64,000 bases of DNA from Cenococcum geophilum (Eukaryota): contig CP158636.1 in NCBI GenBank assembly GCA_050273025.1, positions 6,510,001-6,574,000 of the forward strand, read 5' to 3'. The position numbers were made by a program, and so were the translations under genes. Numbering within the stretch: position 1 is the first letter of the stretch; each line of letters starts with the position of its first letter. Below the pieces are notes generated by a model, which made no database searches, was not told the origin of the DNA, and was given only the letters and a program-made list of their open reading frames with translations. Of the stretch, positions 49,549-61,596 are shown one piece after another.

Positions 49549-51948
49549 CACCACCTCGTCAATTCCGGTGGTTAGCGCTTTTGTTAAGCCACCAACTAAC
49601 CCGAATTCAGTGCATTCCATCTTGGCAGCTGAATATCAAAAAGAGACTGCCGAACAACCTCACCTAACGGTTAATTTGAAGCTTTTTAACGCCTCTACCA
49701 GCCGCATCGTGATTAGGTGTATTGGTGAACTCCACGCGGTAAGGAACTTAACTCAGGAAGCCTCTACTAATTAACAACACGTCTTCTAGTTTCCTACCCC
49801 TCTTCTAAGCCACCGACGCGTTGCGACAATCCTTAACTTCCTTAAGCCTCTATCACGACCTTCCTTAAGCCTCTATCACAACCTTTGCCTTATTCTTTTA
49901 TTCTAGCGTCCAAATAACCTTTTCAGTGGTAACAAAGTTCAAAAATAGCTTGCTTTCGTCCCAGGTGACTTCGTAGAAGTTAGAGATAGGCCCTTAGGTG
50001 TATTAATCACGTTATTAAGACGGATATTAATAGCGGTAGTTACAGATAAGGTTTCTAAGTTTAGACAAATATTAGGTCTTAGCACGATTATAAGGGACTT
50101 TAAATAGCTCTATAGATTTAAGTATAAAGATGTTTATCTACGCCTATTATAAGTTAATACTATCCTTACCACTTTTTATATAAAATTTATATATTCCTAT
50201 AACAAATTCTAACTAAAATCTTTTAGATTCTATCCTTAAAGGTATTTACTATGCCTTCTCCTGGGTATAATCCTTCCCGTATAAAAGGAACTCTAGAACC
50301 TACTTTACCTAATCCTCCTAGAGCTTTATTGCGCCTTCCTAGCTTTAGAAGCTTCTTTAGCTTATTTACTCCTTTCTTACCTTATAATACAACTATACCA
50401 AATACTTCCTCTACTCGCTTTACTATATCTAGTTCTTCTACTCTAATACCTACTACCCCAAACCATCGCATTTGCCGAGTAATTACTTATCTTAATAGAC
50501 AGGAAAGACGTAAGAAATAGGAGCGGGAGGAGTAAGCTACAAAACGTATTTAACGTCGCTAATAGCTTTAGAAAAGTAACGCTTAAGCGCTTATTCCTTA
50601 CTCCCTAAGATACACGATTAAAGGCCTCTATCGCTACCTTTAAGAACCTACCTCTCGTATTGCTGTATTAGTTAAGCAACTATATTCTACTATCTACCGC
50701 ATTATTAATAAAGCGCAGACCCCGACATGTGGTAGCTATCGCAATGCTCTTACATATAGCTCGCTAATTCGGCGTTAACTAGTTAATTTCCTAGAGTTAA
50801 ATACTTAGGTGCGTCGCCTTACCTATTCGGAGCTTTTATTTTACGTAGGAGTCCCTTATTCCAACTCTATAGTTACCTAATATCTTAAAAAGGAGGGCTT
50901 TTAACGCTATGTTGCTTATACAAAGCCCTAGCTTACTATAGTTCACTATTATACCTAGTTAGCATTCGCACTGGCTTACCATTACTTCCAAAAAGAGGAT
51001 TAGTGGAGAGTTATATAGACAGATAAGGCAGCTATGCATTATAGTAGGCACTAGCGGCTTTATGTTATTAAAAGACCTAGTAAACAATTTTATCCTAACT
51101 ACCTCTGTCCTAGGTTTACTAACGTACCTTATATAATAGTATAGGCTGCATTCTACGGTATAGAAAAAGGGCCTTTACTATTTTAGAATAAGGAAGAATA
51201 GGGTAATATTACGGTATAGGGCTTTCTAAATTATATATATCCAAAGCTTAAAGAATTCTACAACTTCTATAACGCTAAGTATGGTATATATTTCCCTAAT
51301 TATAAATTTAGAAGTACTCTAACAATTATATAAATAGACGGAGCTCCCTATTATAGAGCTTATATTACTATTACTAAGTTCTAGGAAGATAATATTAAGT
51401 TACTTTAGTGGCTAGTAAATAGCCTAGATCTTAACCTAATTAAGGCCGTTTGGAATATAATAAAGACTTAAATAGCTAGGCGGAAGCCTCGCCTGTTAAC
51501 AAAAGAAGTAATATAAGTAGCTATTAAATCTAAATAGGAGAATCTGGAGGCCTGCTACTTTAAGGATCTAGTTACTTCTATGCCTATACGCCTTTAGGTA
51601 GTAATTAAAGTAGAGGGGGGACCTACTAAGTGGTAGAGGATAGTAGAATGCTTAGAGGACGATTAGGATTTTAGAGGACGATTAGGAGCTTAGAGGAGAC
51701 ATTTGGATACTCATTTAATTGCTAAGCGTTAATTTTTACACTTATTTGGCTACTATGACTTTAGAAATATTCGTATATAGGCAATCTACCATACAATCAT
51801 TGGTTTTAAAAAGCTTCATAAATTTTTAATATTAAGGTCTTTTAAAGCTCGCTGCTAAGACGGGGAAACTCATACTAATCTGTATGAGGATTTCCGCCCG
51901 AGAGGCGTCACTAGTAAGGCGCTAACCACCGGAATTGACGAGGTGGTG
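49549..51948 (+). mobile_element. Tc1/impala-like DNA transposon (2400 bp), DD34E transposase RIP-inactivated (~50251-51636)
   Basis: Perfect 30-bp TIR CACCACCTCGTCAATTCCGGTGGTTAGCGC with TA TSDs. Degenerate VI(W)TD(E), DGAP.(H) and W(P)(A)NS(P)DLN(P)I(E) motifs, with 34 residues between the second D and the mutated E. Confidence 0.93.
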
Positions 51949-53937
51949 TAGTCTATTAGACCGTCTGTCGGGCGGTATTTCGGCAGGGTTAATGTATAAC
52001 ACCCAGCTCTGGTTCAGAGATATAAGCCAATTATGCAGCCACAGCAATCATCAGATCCAGAATCTTTGCGCGTCCCAGCAGGAGCATGTGTGTTGGTCCT
52101 GTTAATCAAACGGTCTGAGTTGATACCCGCGTTGAACTGAACCCCATCTCAAGTAGGCAGTGATATGTCAAGACGACTGTACGTGATCAGCACGCGCTTC
52201 TAACGGCAAAGGGGCATTGCAACATCTTCAGCAGAACTACGTCTTAGCAGCCGCCGATCTGTTGAATGGGCTGCGCGTATGGTCCCAAAGGGATTCTCCG
52301 ATTCTGGTCAAGAGGCTCCAGGTCGTGCGAGGCTTCTGAGCCCCGAAAATTACTCTCGTCTATGGGTTGTGGTGCGATCGACCCGAGTAAGTGAAGTGGA
52401 TACTTCCTACTCAGAACAAAGGCCAGTCGGTCGAGGCCGTGAGCACTTGCTGTGAACGGCGGGGACGGCGAGGTTGGGAGCACTGACATTGCGGACATAG
52501 ACCTATACACCGCCTTGGTTTGACGCTCGAGAAATAGTTTTTCTAGAGACGTTTTCCATGCTAACAGGGTATTTACTACGCACTTGGCGATGAAAGGGAA
52601 TTGTATATTCATAAAGAAATAATACTGAGCCATTAAACTAGTGGACTGGTATTACTTGAGGCATCTATTTTAAATTTATTTTATGGGTCATCTGCTGAGC
52701 ATTTACGGCAAACCAGACGTAATATCAAGGACGAGGTAGATCCTTCTAAGATAGTGGCGGTGATCGGCTTGCCAGATATCGTACTGAAGAGTTAGAATGG
52801 CGCAGATTTTCCCTCCCTTCCCCACCTTAGTCTGTCTTAACACGGACAGGAAAACCTTTGACGCTGGAGTGGACGGTGTGATGGAGTGTGGGAGGCGGAG
52901 GAGTTCGGGGGTGATGGCTTTCTGTAGGCTTCCTAGGATATGGCCATGTTCGTAATTCCTTAAGCCGTGCCAAGAGCTGGGGATTCGGATAGGTCAGCGT
53001 GAGCAGTGAAGAGTAAAAGTGAGTGCGGTGTCCAGAACTTATCGATGGTGTCAGGTGGTGGAAATGAGCTGGGGACGCCAGATGCCAAGGGCTTTTCCCT
53101 CTCAAGACGATCTCCAAGCGACTGACCCAACCATGTCGCCTTGCCTTGTGGGTCACGTCGATCACAGCGCAGCTTTGGCCTCCGCGGTCCGCATGGGTAC
53201 AGAGCTGCATGTGTGATTGACAACCGGACCATCGAGACAGGAAATCGAAGCGTCTCATCGTAACTATTGATACTCGTCTGACCCGATCCGATTTAAATTT
53301 ATTCTCTGCACTTTCATAGCACAATATGGCGTTTGCCAGCGAGGTGATTACCAACACACCCAGCAGCGACAATGTGAAATGCGAACGGCCACCCAAGCGC
53401 ACTGTGTCTATTCACGCAGGGTTAAGGATAGTAATAATGACTCGAGTCGATAGTGGAATCACCTGTGTCTCTATGCGAGCGCGTTCGGGCACAACGCACC
53501 AGTGGCAGCCTCTTCAGCAAGGCTGGGCAGCCTAGGCGGCCAGCTTTGAACGTGGTGCCTAGATTGCGCAACATCAGCCTCTCTCTCCCTTAACTTGTCC
53601 TCTCCCCGAAAGGCCCCCTCGGACACCGATCCCGTGCGTGGCTGGGCTCATCCTCCCTCACTGGACCAGGGCCTTTATCAGCAGCCACCGGGCTAGCCGG
53701 GACTCACGCAAAATCGCAAATCTGGCGCTATCGAAGACTCGGGAGCAAAAGAACCCACATTCACTTCCGAATAAGGTTATTTATGTAGCTATGAAGGGGG
53801 CAAGGGGGGGGTAGAAGCGCCAACGGCCGGTCTATATACAAGAGCCACCATGACCCACGACTTCAGCTTCATTCTTCCAATCCATTCTTTCACTCTTTAC
53901 TATCCTCTGCAGTATTCGCTGCGTTCACTCGTTCACC

Positions 53938-56412
53938 ATGAAGGCTACAATCCTTCAGTCCACTCTTTTGTTGTCTCTTGTTTCTATTGCTTTCTCTAGT
54001 CCTCTTTTATATGATAACGCGTACGGTCACACAGACCGATCCTGTGGGGGTGTTAACGGCTATGGAAAGTGCAGCACTTCTCAAACATCCTCAAAGTCCT
54101 CTATTACGGTCCCCAAGGTCTACGTTACCGAATCCCCCCATGCCGAGAAGCAGGTCTACGGATATGAGAAGGCTTCTTCTTCCTCGGAGGCCAAGCTCTA
54201 TGTCACCGAGTCGTATGGCGTACCAGCCCACGGTTATGGAAAGTCTTCCTCTTCCAACGTCAAGGCTTATTCAAGCGTGAAGTCTTACGCCGGCGAGTCT
54301 CCATATGGTGCACCAGGTTATGGCGAGAAGTCTTCCAGCACAGTTAAGCCTTATGCCAGCGAAATTCCGCATGGTGTACCGGCTTATGGCCAGAAGTCTT
54401 CCAGCTCATCTAGGCCTTATGCCAGCGAAATTCCGCATGGTGTACCGGCCTATGGCCAGAAGCCTTCCAGCTCATCTAAGCCTTATACTAGCTCGTCTGC
54501 TTATAGTGCACCCGCCTACGGCCACAAGTCCTCCAGCTCGGTCAAGGCTTATGTTAGCGAGACTCCTTATGGTGCGCCTGGCTATGGCCAGAAGTCATCC
54601 AGCATGGTTAAACCGTACGCTAGCGAATCTCCTGCTGAGTCACACTACGGTTACAAGCCCTCTATACCAGTGGCTAAGCCTTACGCGACCGAGTCCTCGC
54701 ATGCTGAATCCGCTTATGGTGCCAAAGGTTACACATCCACTGCTAAGCCATATACCAGCGTGTCCGCTCACGGTTACGAGAAATCCTCCACCCCTGCAGT
54801 TAAGCCTTATGGTGGCGAGTCTTCGCACGTTGAATCTGCTTACGGCGCCAAAGGTTACACACCCGCTGCTAAGCCATATACCAGCGAGTCCGCCTACGGT
54901 TACGAGAAATCCTCCACCCCTGCAGCTAAGCCTTATGGCGGCCAGTCTTCGCACGTTGAATCTTCTTATGGCGCCCAAGGTTACACTCCAGCGGCTAAGC
55001 CTTATACCAGCGAGTCCGCTCACGGTTACGAGAAATCCTCCACCCCTACAGCTAAGCCTTATGGCGGCCAGTCTTCGCACGTTGAATCTGCTTATGGCGC
55101 CCAAGGTTACACTCCAGCGGCTAAGCCTTATACCAGCGTGTCCGCTCACGGTTACGAGAAATCCTCCACCCCTGCAGTTAAGCCTTATGGTGGCCAGTCT
55201 TCGCACGTTGAATCTGCTTATGGCGCCAAAGGTTACACTCCCGCTGCTAAGCCATATACCAGCGAGTCCGCTCACGGTTACGAGAAATCCTCCACCCCTG
55301 CAGCTAAGCCTTATGGCGGCCGGTCTTCGCACGTTGAATCTGCTTATGGCGCCCAAGGTTACACTCCAGCGGCTAAGCCTTATATCAGCGAGTCTGCTCA
55401 TGATTATGAGAAATCTTCTACTCATGAGGCCAAGCCTTACGCGACCGAATCTTCATACGCTGAATCCGCATATGGTGCTAAAGGTTATACTCCTGTGGCT
55501 AAGCCTTCCAGCAGCCACTCTGCGCACGGATATGAGAAGTCTACCCCTGCGGCTCAGCCTTATGCCAGCAAGTCTGCTTATGTTGAGTCCGCCCATGGCT
55601 ATGAGAAGTCTTCTACCAGCGCTGCGAAGCCCTATGTCACAGAGTCTCCCTATGGTCACAAGACTCCTTTTGACAGGCCAGTTGTCCCGGTTTGCAATGC
55701 GGAGGTGAACAAGCATGATGTTAAACAATTGGTTCCATCGTACTCGGCTACCCTCAACTACAAGGAGGCCGGCGAGGGCGACTACGCTGTTTCGCTTAAT
55801 TACAAGATGAAGTCTCCTCAAGTCACCCTCGAGAACTCTGACCTCGTAAGCGATTTGGTTTGCTCCGGCGACTCTATGTCTCTCTCTTTCAAGAACGAAG
55901 ATGCTTTTGCTGCTGCGGAGAAATGGCCGCAGAACCAGTTGATGCTCATCACCAACAAGGCTGGATGCAACCCAAGCAACGAACGTGGGGCTTACTTGCT
56001 CGTCAACCACGAGTGCGACGAGAAAACCCTTACGATGAAATGCAAGGTTAAGTCTCAAATGTGGAAGGACATCGCTGAGTGGATGCAACCCAGATACGGC
56101 CACATCGCGTCAGGCAAGACTTATGCTACCGCATATACCACTGCGCCTGTTTCGAAGTTCCCGTACTCATCTACGCTTGTCAAGACTACTTCAACCTCAA
56201 AGGCAGGCTATGCGCCATACTCTACACCAAAGGTAACATTCACACCTGCCCAACACTCCAGCGTCCATGGTTACGGTTACGAAGTGTCTTCATCGGTCAA
56301 GGCTTCCTCGACTACGGCTCCAGGCGGATACAAATCGCCAAACACAATCTCTCATGTTACTCCAACACCCTCTGCTCATCCTAGACGAGGAAGAGACGCA
56401 TTTCTAGCATAG
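53938..56412 (+). CDS. Secreted Ser/Tyr/Gly/Pro/Lys/Ala-rich tandem-repeat protein with a C-terminal Cys-containing globular domain
   Basis: 824-aa single-exon ORF with a signal peptide, TATA-like TATATA at ~53833 and biased codon usage. It has 42-aa repeats and a domain (VTLENSDLVSDLVCSGDSMSLSF...LITNKAGC...ERG.Y) resembling an uncharacterised fungal secreted-protein domain. Confidence 0.9.
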   Translation: MKATILQSTLLLSLVSIAFSSPLLYDNAYGHTDRSCGGVNGYGKCSTSQTSSKSSITVPKVYVTESPHAEKQVYGYEKASSSSEAKLYVTESYGVPAHGYGKSSSSNVKAYSSVKSYAGESPYGAPGYGEKSSSTVKPYASEIPHGVPAYGQKSSSSSRPYASEIPHGVPAYGQKPSSSSKPYTSSSAYSAPAYGHKSSSSVKAYVSETPYGAPGYGQKSSSMVKPYASESPAESHYGYKPSIPVAKPYATESSHAESAYGAKGYTSTAKPYTSVSAHGYEKSSTPAVKPYGGESSHVESAYGAKGYTPAAKPYTSESAYGYEKSSTPAAKPYGGQSSHVESSYGAQGYTPAAKPYTSESAHGYEKSSTPTAKPYGGQSSHVESAYGAQGYTPAAKPYTSVSAHGYEKSSTPAVKPYGGQSSHVESAYGAKGYTPAAKPYTSESAHGYEKSSTPAAKPYGGRSSHVESAYGAQGYTPAAKPYISESAHDYEKSSTHEAKPYATESSYAESAYGAKGYTPVAKPSSSHSAHGYEKSTPAAQPYASKSAYVESAHGYEKSSTSAAKPYVTESPYGHKTPFDRPVVPVCNAEVNKHDVKQLVPSYSATLNYKEAGEGDYAVSLNYKMKSPQVTLENSDLVSDLVCSGDSMSLSFKNEDAFAAAEKWPQNQLMLITNKAGCNPSNERGAYLLVNHECDEKTLTMKCKVKSQMWKDIAEWMQPRYGHIASGKTYATAYTTAPVSKFPYSSTLVKTTSTSKAGYAPYSTPKVTFTPAQHSSVHGYGYEVSSSVKASSTTAPGGYKSPNTISHVTPTPSAHPRRGRDAFLA
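54690..55500 (+). repeat. Coding minisatellite with a 126-bp unit (about 6 copies)
   Basis: TCGCACGTTGAATC recurs at 54823, 54949, 55075, 55201 and 55327 (period 126), with degenerate flanking copies. Confidence 0.95.
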
Positions 56413-57087
56413 TTGGGGTGAAAGAGGCAGTGTGTGCGCACTTTGTGATGTCATTTTCTTTGTCTAGTATGCTGTAAAATAATTTCTAGTGACAGGTAGT
56501 AATTAAAATACCTTGCGATGACATATCTTGATTTTTGAAGCGAATAAATGTGTGCACCCAATGGCTTTGACCCTTAACACTTTGAGAATCCTAGTTTTTA
56601 GTTGCCTAGAGGAGACGGCGCTCAGTCCACGGTGAGTTTACTGGTGTTTGCGGACCGCGCACTTCGTATCGAATCCTTAAGGGGTACCTTGAAACGGTTA
56701 GGCTCAAGGGGTACGGAACGACAGTGTTTCCGGAGTCAGGGAGATATGAGGCTGGCGCAGTGAAATCTCCAGCATCAGCATCCTTCCGGCATAGCGACAC
56801 CCTTTTAAACCTAGTTAACCTCCCTATGTAACCCGGTGCTTATGTCCCCGCAGTTCCCATGATTTCACTGCCTCTCCATAAATAACTACCTTTCCCAGGG
56901 CACGTATAAAGATCAGCATCCTGCAATATGCCAAATCCTAGTAACACTCGGGTTAATGTTCCCCTGGCCATCGGAGGTCCAAGTATACGCATCGACATAT
57001 GTCACTTGTATATCACCCTAAAGCAACTTTTGCCATGAAGAGCTACTTCAAGAACCTTAGCTAGCCATTTTAGCTGGCCTCCATACA

Positions 57088-59184
57088 ATGCACCTTAAAC
57101 CCTTCACCACCTTGAGCGTCTCCCTGCTTAGCTATTTACCTTGTGCTTTGTCTCAAGATACATCATGGCAGCAATACGTTATCGCGCCAAAAAGTCGCAC
57201 AGTTTCCCCGGCTAAAGTTCTTTCCACAACTGGCAATGTCACCAACGCCAATGGCCTATTGAGCAGCAATGGTGGCATCACGACACTAACTAGGCCTTCC
57301 AGTAGTTCCACCATTCCTACCATCTTGCTCGATTTTGGCCTCAATATCGTTGGACACGTTCAGATCGACTTCGCTGGCGCGTCCTCTAACAACCCGGGCA
57401 TCGGACTAGCCTTTTCAGAAACTCTAGAATATCTCACCGACATATCTGACTTTACGCGATCTAATAACGGCGATACAATAACCAATGGAGTTGACTACCA
57501 CGCTGTTCCTGCAGGCATCAGTTCATGGACGGATACGTGGGGTTGCAGCCATGGCAGCCAAGTATGCGCTGATGGCATACATGGCTTCCGCTATCTCAAA
57601 ATCAGTCTCAACGCGACCGCATCAGACGCTCCATACGCCGAGCCAACTGGCACCATTGAGATTTCTAAGCTGGGTCTGAATTTTTCGGCGTTCCTAGGCA
57701 CCCCGGATACGTACAGCGGATGGTTCGAATGCTCGGACGTCCAACTCAATCAATTCTGGTACAATGCAGCATATACGAATGAGATGTGCATCGACACGTT
57801 CCGCGCCGATGAGGTTGACCCCCGCAACGCACAAAGTTCAAGTCTCTTTGGAAAGCAAGTAATCTTTGACGGTGCAAAGCGCGATAGAGACCCCTACGTT
57901 GGAGATATCGCTGTTTCTGGTCGCACTACTTACTTGACGCACACTTCAGCTTCTATTGCAGCCCGCAATATCCTTGTAGATCTTGCAGATCATCAGCGCA
58001 GTAGCGATGGCTGGATTCCGCCAGCATCTATTAACGGTTATACCCTGCCACTGTACGACTACCCCCTCTGGTGGGTCACATCGAGCTGGGACTATATTCT
58101 CTACTCCGGCGACCTGGATTACGCACAGATGTATTATCCCAATCTTATCAGCGTGCTAGACGGCGCCTACTATGCCAACACAACATCTACCACAGGTTTA
58201 CTGTCTAAGCCAACAACTAACACCGGTGACTACGCCTTCCTCGACCGCTACGGCGTAATCACATACAACAACGCGCTGTACGTCCTTGCCCTGAAAGCCG
58301 GTGCTGCCATCGCCTCAACCCAGAACGACAATTCCACCGCGACCCGCTGGCTCAGCCGCGCCGCAACTGTCTCCGCCGCTATAAACACGCAGCTCTGGGA
58401 CAGCAGCGCCGGCGCATACCTAGACGACAGCGATGACAGCACGCGGCACGCGCAAGATGGCAACGCGCTCGCCGTCCTCGCCGGCGTCGCCAACACCTCC
58501 CGCGCCGTCTCAGCCCTCACCTACATGGCAAACCACACGGCCCTGTCCTACGGCAACGCCTTCATGAACACCAACGCGCTCGTCCCCGATGGCACGGAAC
58601 GCGTCTACGCCTTCATATCCTACTTCGATATCTCCGCGCGCTTCCTCTCCAACCTCGCCGCGTCGGCCCTCGACGAGATCACGCGGCTCTACGGCTGGAT
58701 GGGCACGCACGACCCGAGCAGCACGTACTGGGAGGGCATCAGCACGAGCGGGTCGATGTACGAGGGCGCCTTCACGTCCGCCGCGCACGGCTGGTCGACG
58801 GGCGTCGTGCCCGCGCTCTCGAACTACGTGCTCGGCATCCTGCCCGCCGCACCCGGGTTCGCGCAGTGGAGCGTGAAGCCGTACCCGGCGACGCTGGCGT
58901 GGGCCAAGGGCCAGGTGGGAACGCCGGCGGGCGCGCTGAGGGTGAGTTGGGTGGCGCAGGGGAGTGGTGGTGGGGGGTTTCAGTTGAATGTCACAGCGCC
59001 TGCGGGCACGGTGGGCGAGGTTGCGGTGCCGGTGGGTGCGGCGTCGGCGACGGTGACGGTGGATGGGCAGGTGGCGTGGGATGGGAAGAAGGGGGTCAAG
59101 TACAATGCTACGTATGGGGGAGGCTATGTTACGCTGCGGGGGGTTTTGTCGGGGACGCATGTTGCGCAGGTTAGTGGGGGGTAG
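57088..59184 (+). CDS. Secreted glycoside hydrolase, GH78 alpha-L-rhamnosidase-like (six-hairpin), intronless
   Basis: Signal peptide, LLDFG, GFRYL, catalytic-region DGAKRDR.PY.GD, TYWEG and SAAHGWSTG motifs, plus a C-terminal beta domain. Confidence 0.88.
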   Translation: MHLKPFTTLSVSLLSYLPCALSQDTSWQQYVIAPKSRTVSPAKVLSTTGNVTNANGLLSSNGGITTLTRPSSSSTIPTILLDFGLNIVGHVQIDFAGASSNNPGIGLAFSETLEYLTDISDFTRSNNGDTITNGVDYHAVPAGISSWTDTWGCSHGSQVCADGIHGFRYLKISLNATASDAPYAEPTGTIEISKLGLNFSAFLGTPDTYSGWFECSDVQLNQFWYNAAYTNEMCIDTFRADEVDPRNAQSSSLFGKQVIFDGAKRDRDPYVGDIAVSGRTTYLTHTSASIAARNILVDLADHQRSSDGWIPPASINGYTLPLYDYPLWWVTSSWDYILYSGDLDYAQMYYPNLISVLDGAYYANTTSTTGLLSKPTTNTGDYAFLDRYGVITYNNALYVLALKAGAAIASTQNDNSTATRWLSRAATVSAAINTQLWDSSAGAYLDDSDDSTRHAQDGNALAVLAGVANTSRAVSALTYMANHTALSYGNAFMNTNALVPDGTERVYAFISYFDISARFLSNLAASALDEITRLYGWMGTHDPSSTYWEGISTSGSMYEGAFTSAAHGWSTGVVPALSNYVLGILPAAPGFAQWSVKPYPATLAWAKGQVGTPAGALRVSWVAQGSGGGGFQLNVTAPAGTVGEVAVPVGAASATVTVDGQVAWDGKKGVKYNATYGGGYVTLRGVLSGTHVAQVSGG

Positions 59185-59743
59185 CGGTTGCTGTTTCTGC
59201 GGAAAGAGTTGCTTGAAGCCGACGCGAGGATAGAGCTAGAAAGGGGTGCTCCAATGAGGAAAGTATTCCATAGAATTCACCATAATGGCGGCATTTGGAA
59301 ATGGATTTGGCGGGCGGTTCCCATAATTTGGACAACGAGCTGCTCGGCATTACCGAGATTTCTGACGAGGAGTTAACTGATATTGTCTTGGACAGTTCCA
59401 GCGAAGTAGCTTGCTTTTGGAAAGAACTATGGCGCCCATCGGGACATGTCTGATTAACAAGCATTAACACATCCACTGCACGAATGCATACTCACGGTCA
59501 ATCGTCAGGCTTATTCGTCAGTAGTAGAAAATGAAAGCCATGTGTGCCGGTTCGGGCATCCGGATTCCAGACACCGAAAGCGCGCGAGATGCTTCACAAG
59601 TTCAACAAGATATCACTTGGCCCTATCCTTGCTAACTCAGTGGATCCCGCCATAGAAGAAAATTACGCTAAAATTCTATCTGATTATTACATATACCTCT
59701 ATGTGAAAGAAATCAAGGTATCTATCTACTCTACCTACTCTAT

Positions 59744-61596
59744 CTATGTAGCATGCGCAGTATCTGTCTTCTTCCCTTTGACGGACAGCCATTGGAGCCA
59801 GACAGCGCCCAAAACGGAGCAGCACGACAGGGCGGCCCCAACGCAGAATGTCTGTGTCAACGACTTGTTGTACGCAATGAGAACTGCATTGTAGAACTGT
59901 TGGGGCACCTGGCTCTTGATTTGGGTTGCGCCGATGGTCAAGATGATGCGCGGATCGAATGTAGGGACGTACTTGCTCAAATTTTTCACCAGTTGGTTCG
60001 TGAAGACGTTCTGCGCGACCGACACCATGATTGCACCAGTGAGGTTCTCCGAGAACATTATGATAGCGGTACCGATGGGTATATCTTGAAGTGGTAGAGC
60101 CGTTTGTGCTGCGGTCAGTGCCGATTGCAGGCCGAAACCGACACCCGCGCCGAATATAAATTGGTAGCCGATCCACTTTGCGTGACCAGAGTCAACTTCG
60201 AGAGTAGTGAGGAGGCCAGTGCCGACGGCCATAAAAATGACGGTCAGGTACACAAACTGCACGTAGTGGCCGGTCACGGACGTTAGAGTGCCGCCCAGGA
60301 ACGAGAAAATGACGAAGCTGAGAATCATGGGAAGATTCATGACGCCGGACTTGATAGCTCTGACTCCTTTAATGGCTTGGAACCAAATAGGGATCTAGAG
60401 TTCCGCAGTTAGCAGTGATTCACTAATCAGTATTGGATGGTAGGCCACACGTAGTACAACATGACGAAGAAGCAACCAACAACACAAGCGCCAAACACGG
60501 CAGAGCCCCAGATGTTCCGGTTGCCGAATACGCGTAGTGGGACAGTCGCACGTTCTCCACTGTGGATCTGAATAACAATAAAGCTGATTAAGAGAACACC
60601 TGCGAGGACTAAGAGAGCAATGATGCGTCCGTCCTTCCATTCGTACTCCGTACCGCCCCATTGTAGAGCAAGCAGCAAGCAAATGACACCGGGCAAGATG
60701 CAAGTCGTTCCGAGAAGGTCCATTTGCTTTAGTTGGTCCATGAAGCCGACTGCATTGGTCTTCTTGCACTCGGGAGAATGTACAGATAATAGAATAAAGA
60801 CGGCGGTAATTAGACCAAGTGGCAAGTTAATGTAGAAGCACCATCTCCATGTTAGTTTCGGGTTATCGGTGAAGGCACCTCCCATAAGAGGACCAGCAAT
60901 AGAGGCGAAGCCGTACATACCACCGATCATTCCAATAAGGGTAGGCCGTTGGCGTGATGGCACTGTATGAGCGACTAAAAGAAAGGCTCCAGAACCGACG
61001 CCACCACTTCCGACTCCAGCAATGGCGCGGCCAACTATAAGGGCAGTCGAAGTAGGAGCAACTCCACAGATCAAAGACCCCAATTCAAAGATAAACAGAG
61101 CCACCAGGTAGGCCAATTTGATTGAGTAGAAGGTGTAGAGTTTGCCCCACATAAGTTGGAATGCGCAGGTCGTAAGTAGGTAGGAGCTGGCGTACCAACC
61201 CACGTCGTCCAGAGCACGGAACTGATCCGTTATCTTTGGAATGGCGGTAGAAATAATAGTATTGTCTAGACCTACGCAAAAGACCGATAGGTTCAAGCCA
61301 AAAACGATGAGGATGAGCTTGAACTTGTCGGGGTATTTAGATTCATCTTCCTGCTCTTCTGGATCTTGAAGGCCTTCAGTGGCACCCTTGGAAACATCCT
61401 TCTCAGCTGTCGGAGCCTCCCCGATGTTCTCTACGTTAGGTTTGTCGGCATTGACACCTTCCTGCATCTCCGCAGGCGGAGCTTCAAGATTTTCTATTGA
61501 GTGGTTAGTACCTTTAGAGAGGGAGCTAGTCGACACCAAAGAGGTAGCGCTGCTGGGAGCGAGGGCGGTTTTCGTGGTTGTAGGATCTGTATTCAT
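59744..61596 (-). CDS. MFS DHA2 (14-TM) drug/toxin efflux pump, AflT/GliA-like; intron 60450-60395
   Basis: LDNTIISTAIPKIT, GWYASSYLLT, GRAIAGVG, WRWCFYINLPLG, YY|IPIWFQAIKG and AQT.LP..DIPIGT motifs. Confidence 0.93.

Noticed and set aside
52244..53535. ORFs of 129-191 aa upstream of the repeat-protein gene
   Set aside because: No domain similarity or coding-like composition; probably promoter or intergenic DNA.
54305..55708. 467-aa alternative-frame ORF and antisense ORFs over the repeat gene
   Set aside because: These are by-products of a stop-free 126-bp unit and biased codon usage; the 53938 frame has the signal peptide and globular domain.
53938..56412. Kex2-processed repeat peptide (KEP/RiPP) precursor
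   Set aside because: The repeats contain no KR/RR cleavage sites, and no DUF3328/UstY-like or tyrosinase gene was recognised nearby.
57088..61596. Secondary-metabolite gene cluster around the DHA2 pump
   Set aside because: No PKS, NRPS, terpene synthase, tailoring enzyme or transcription factor gene was recognised in the window.
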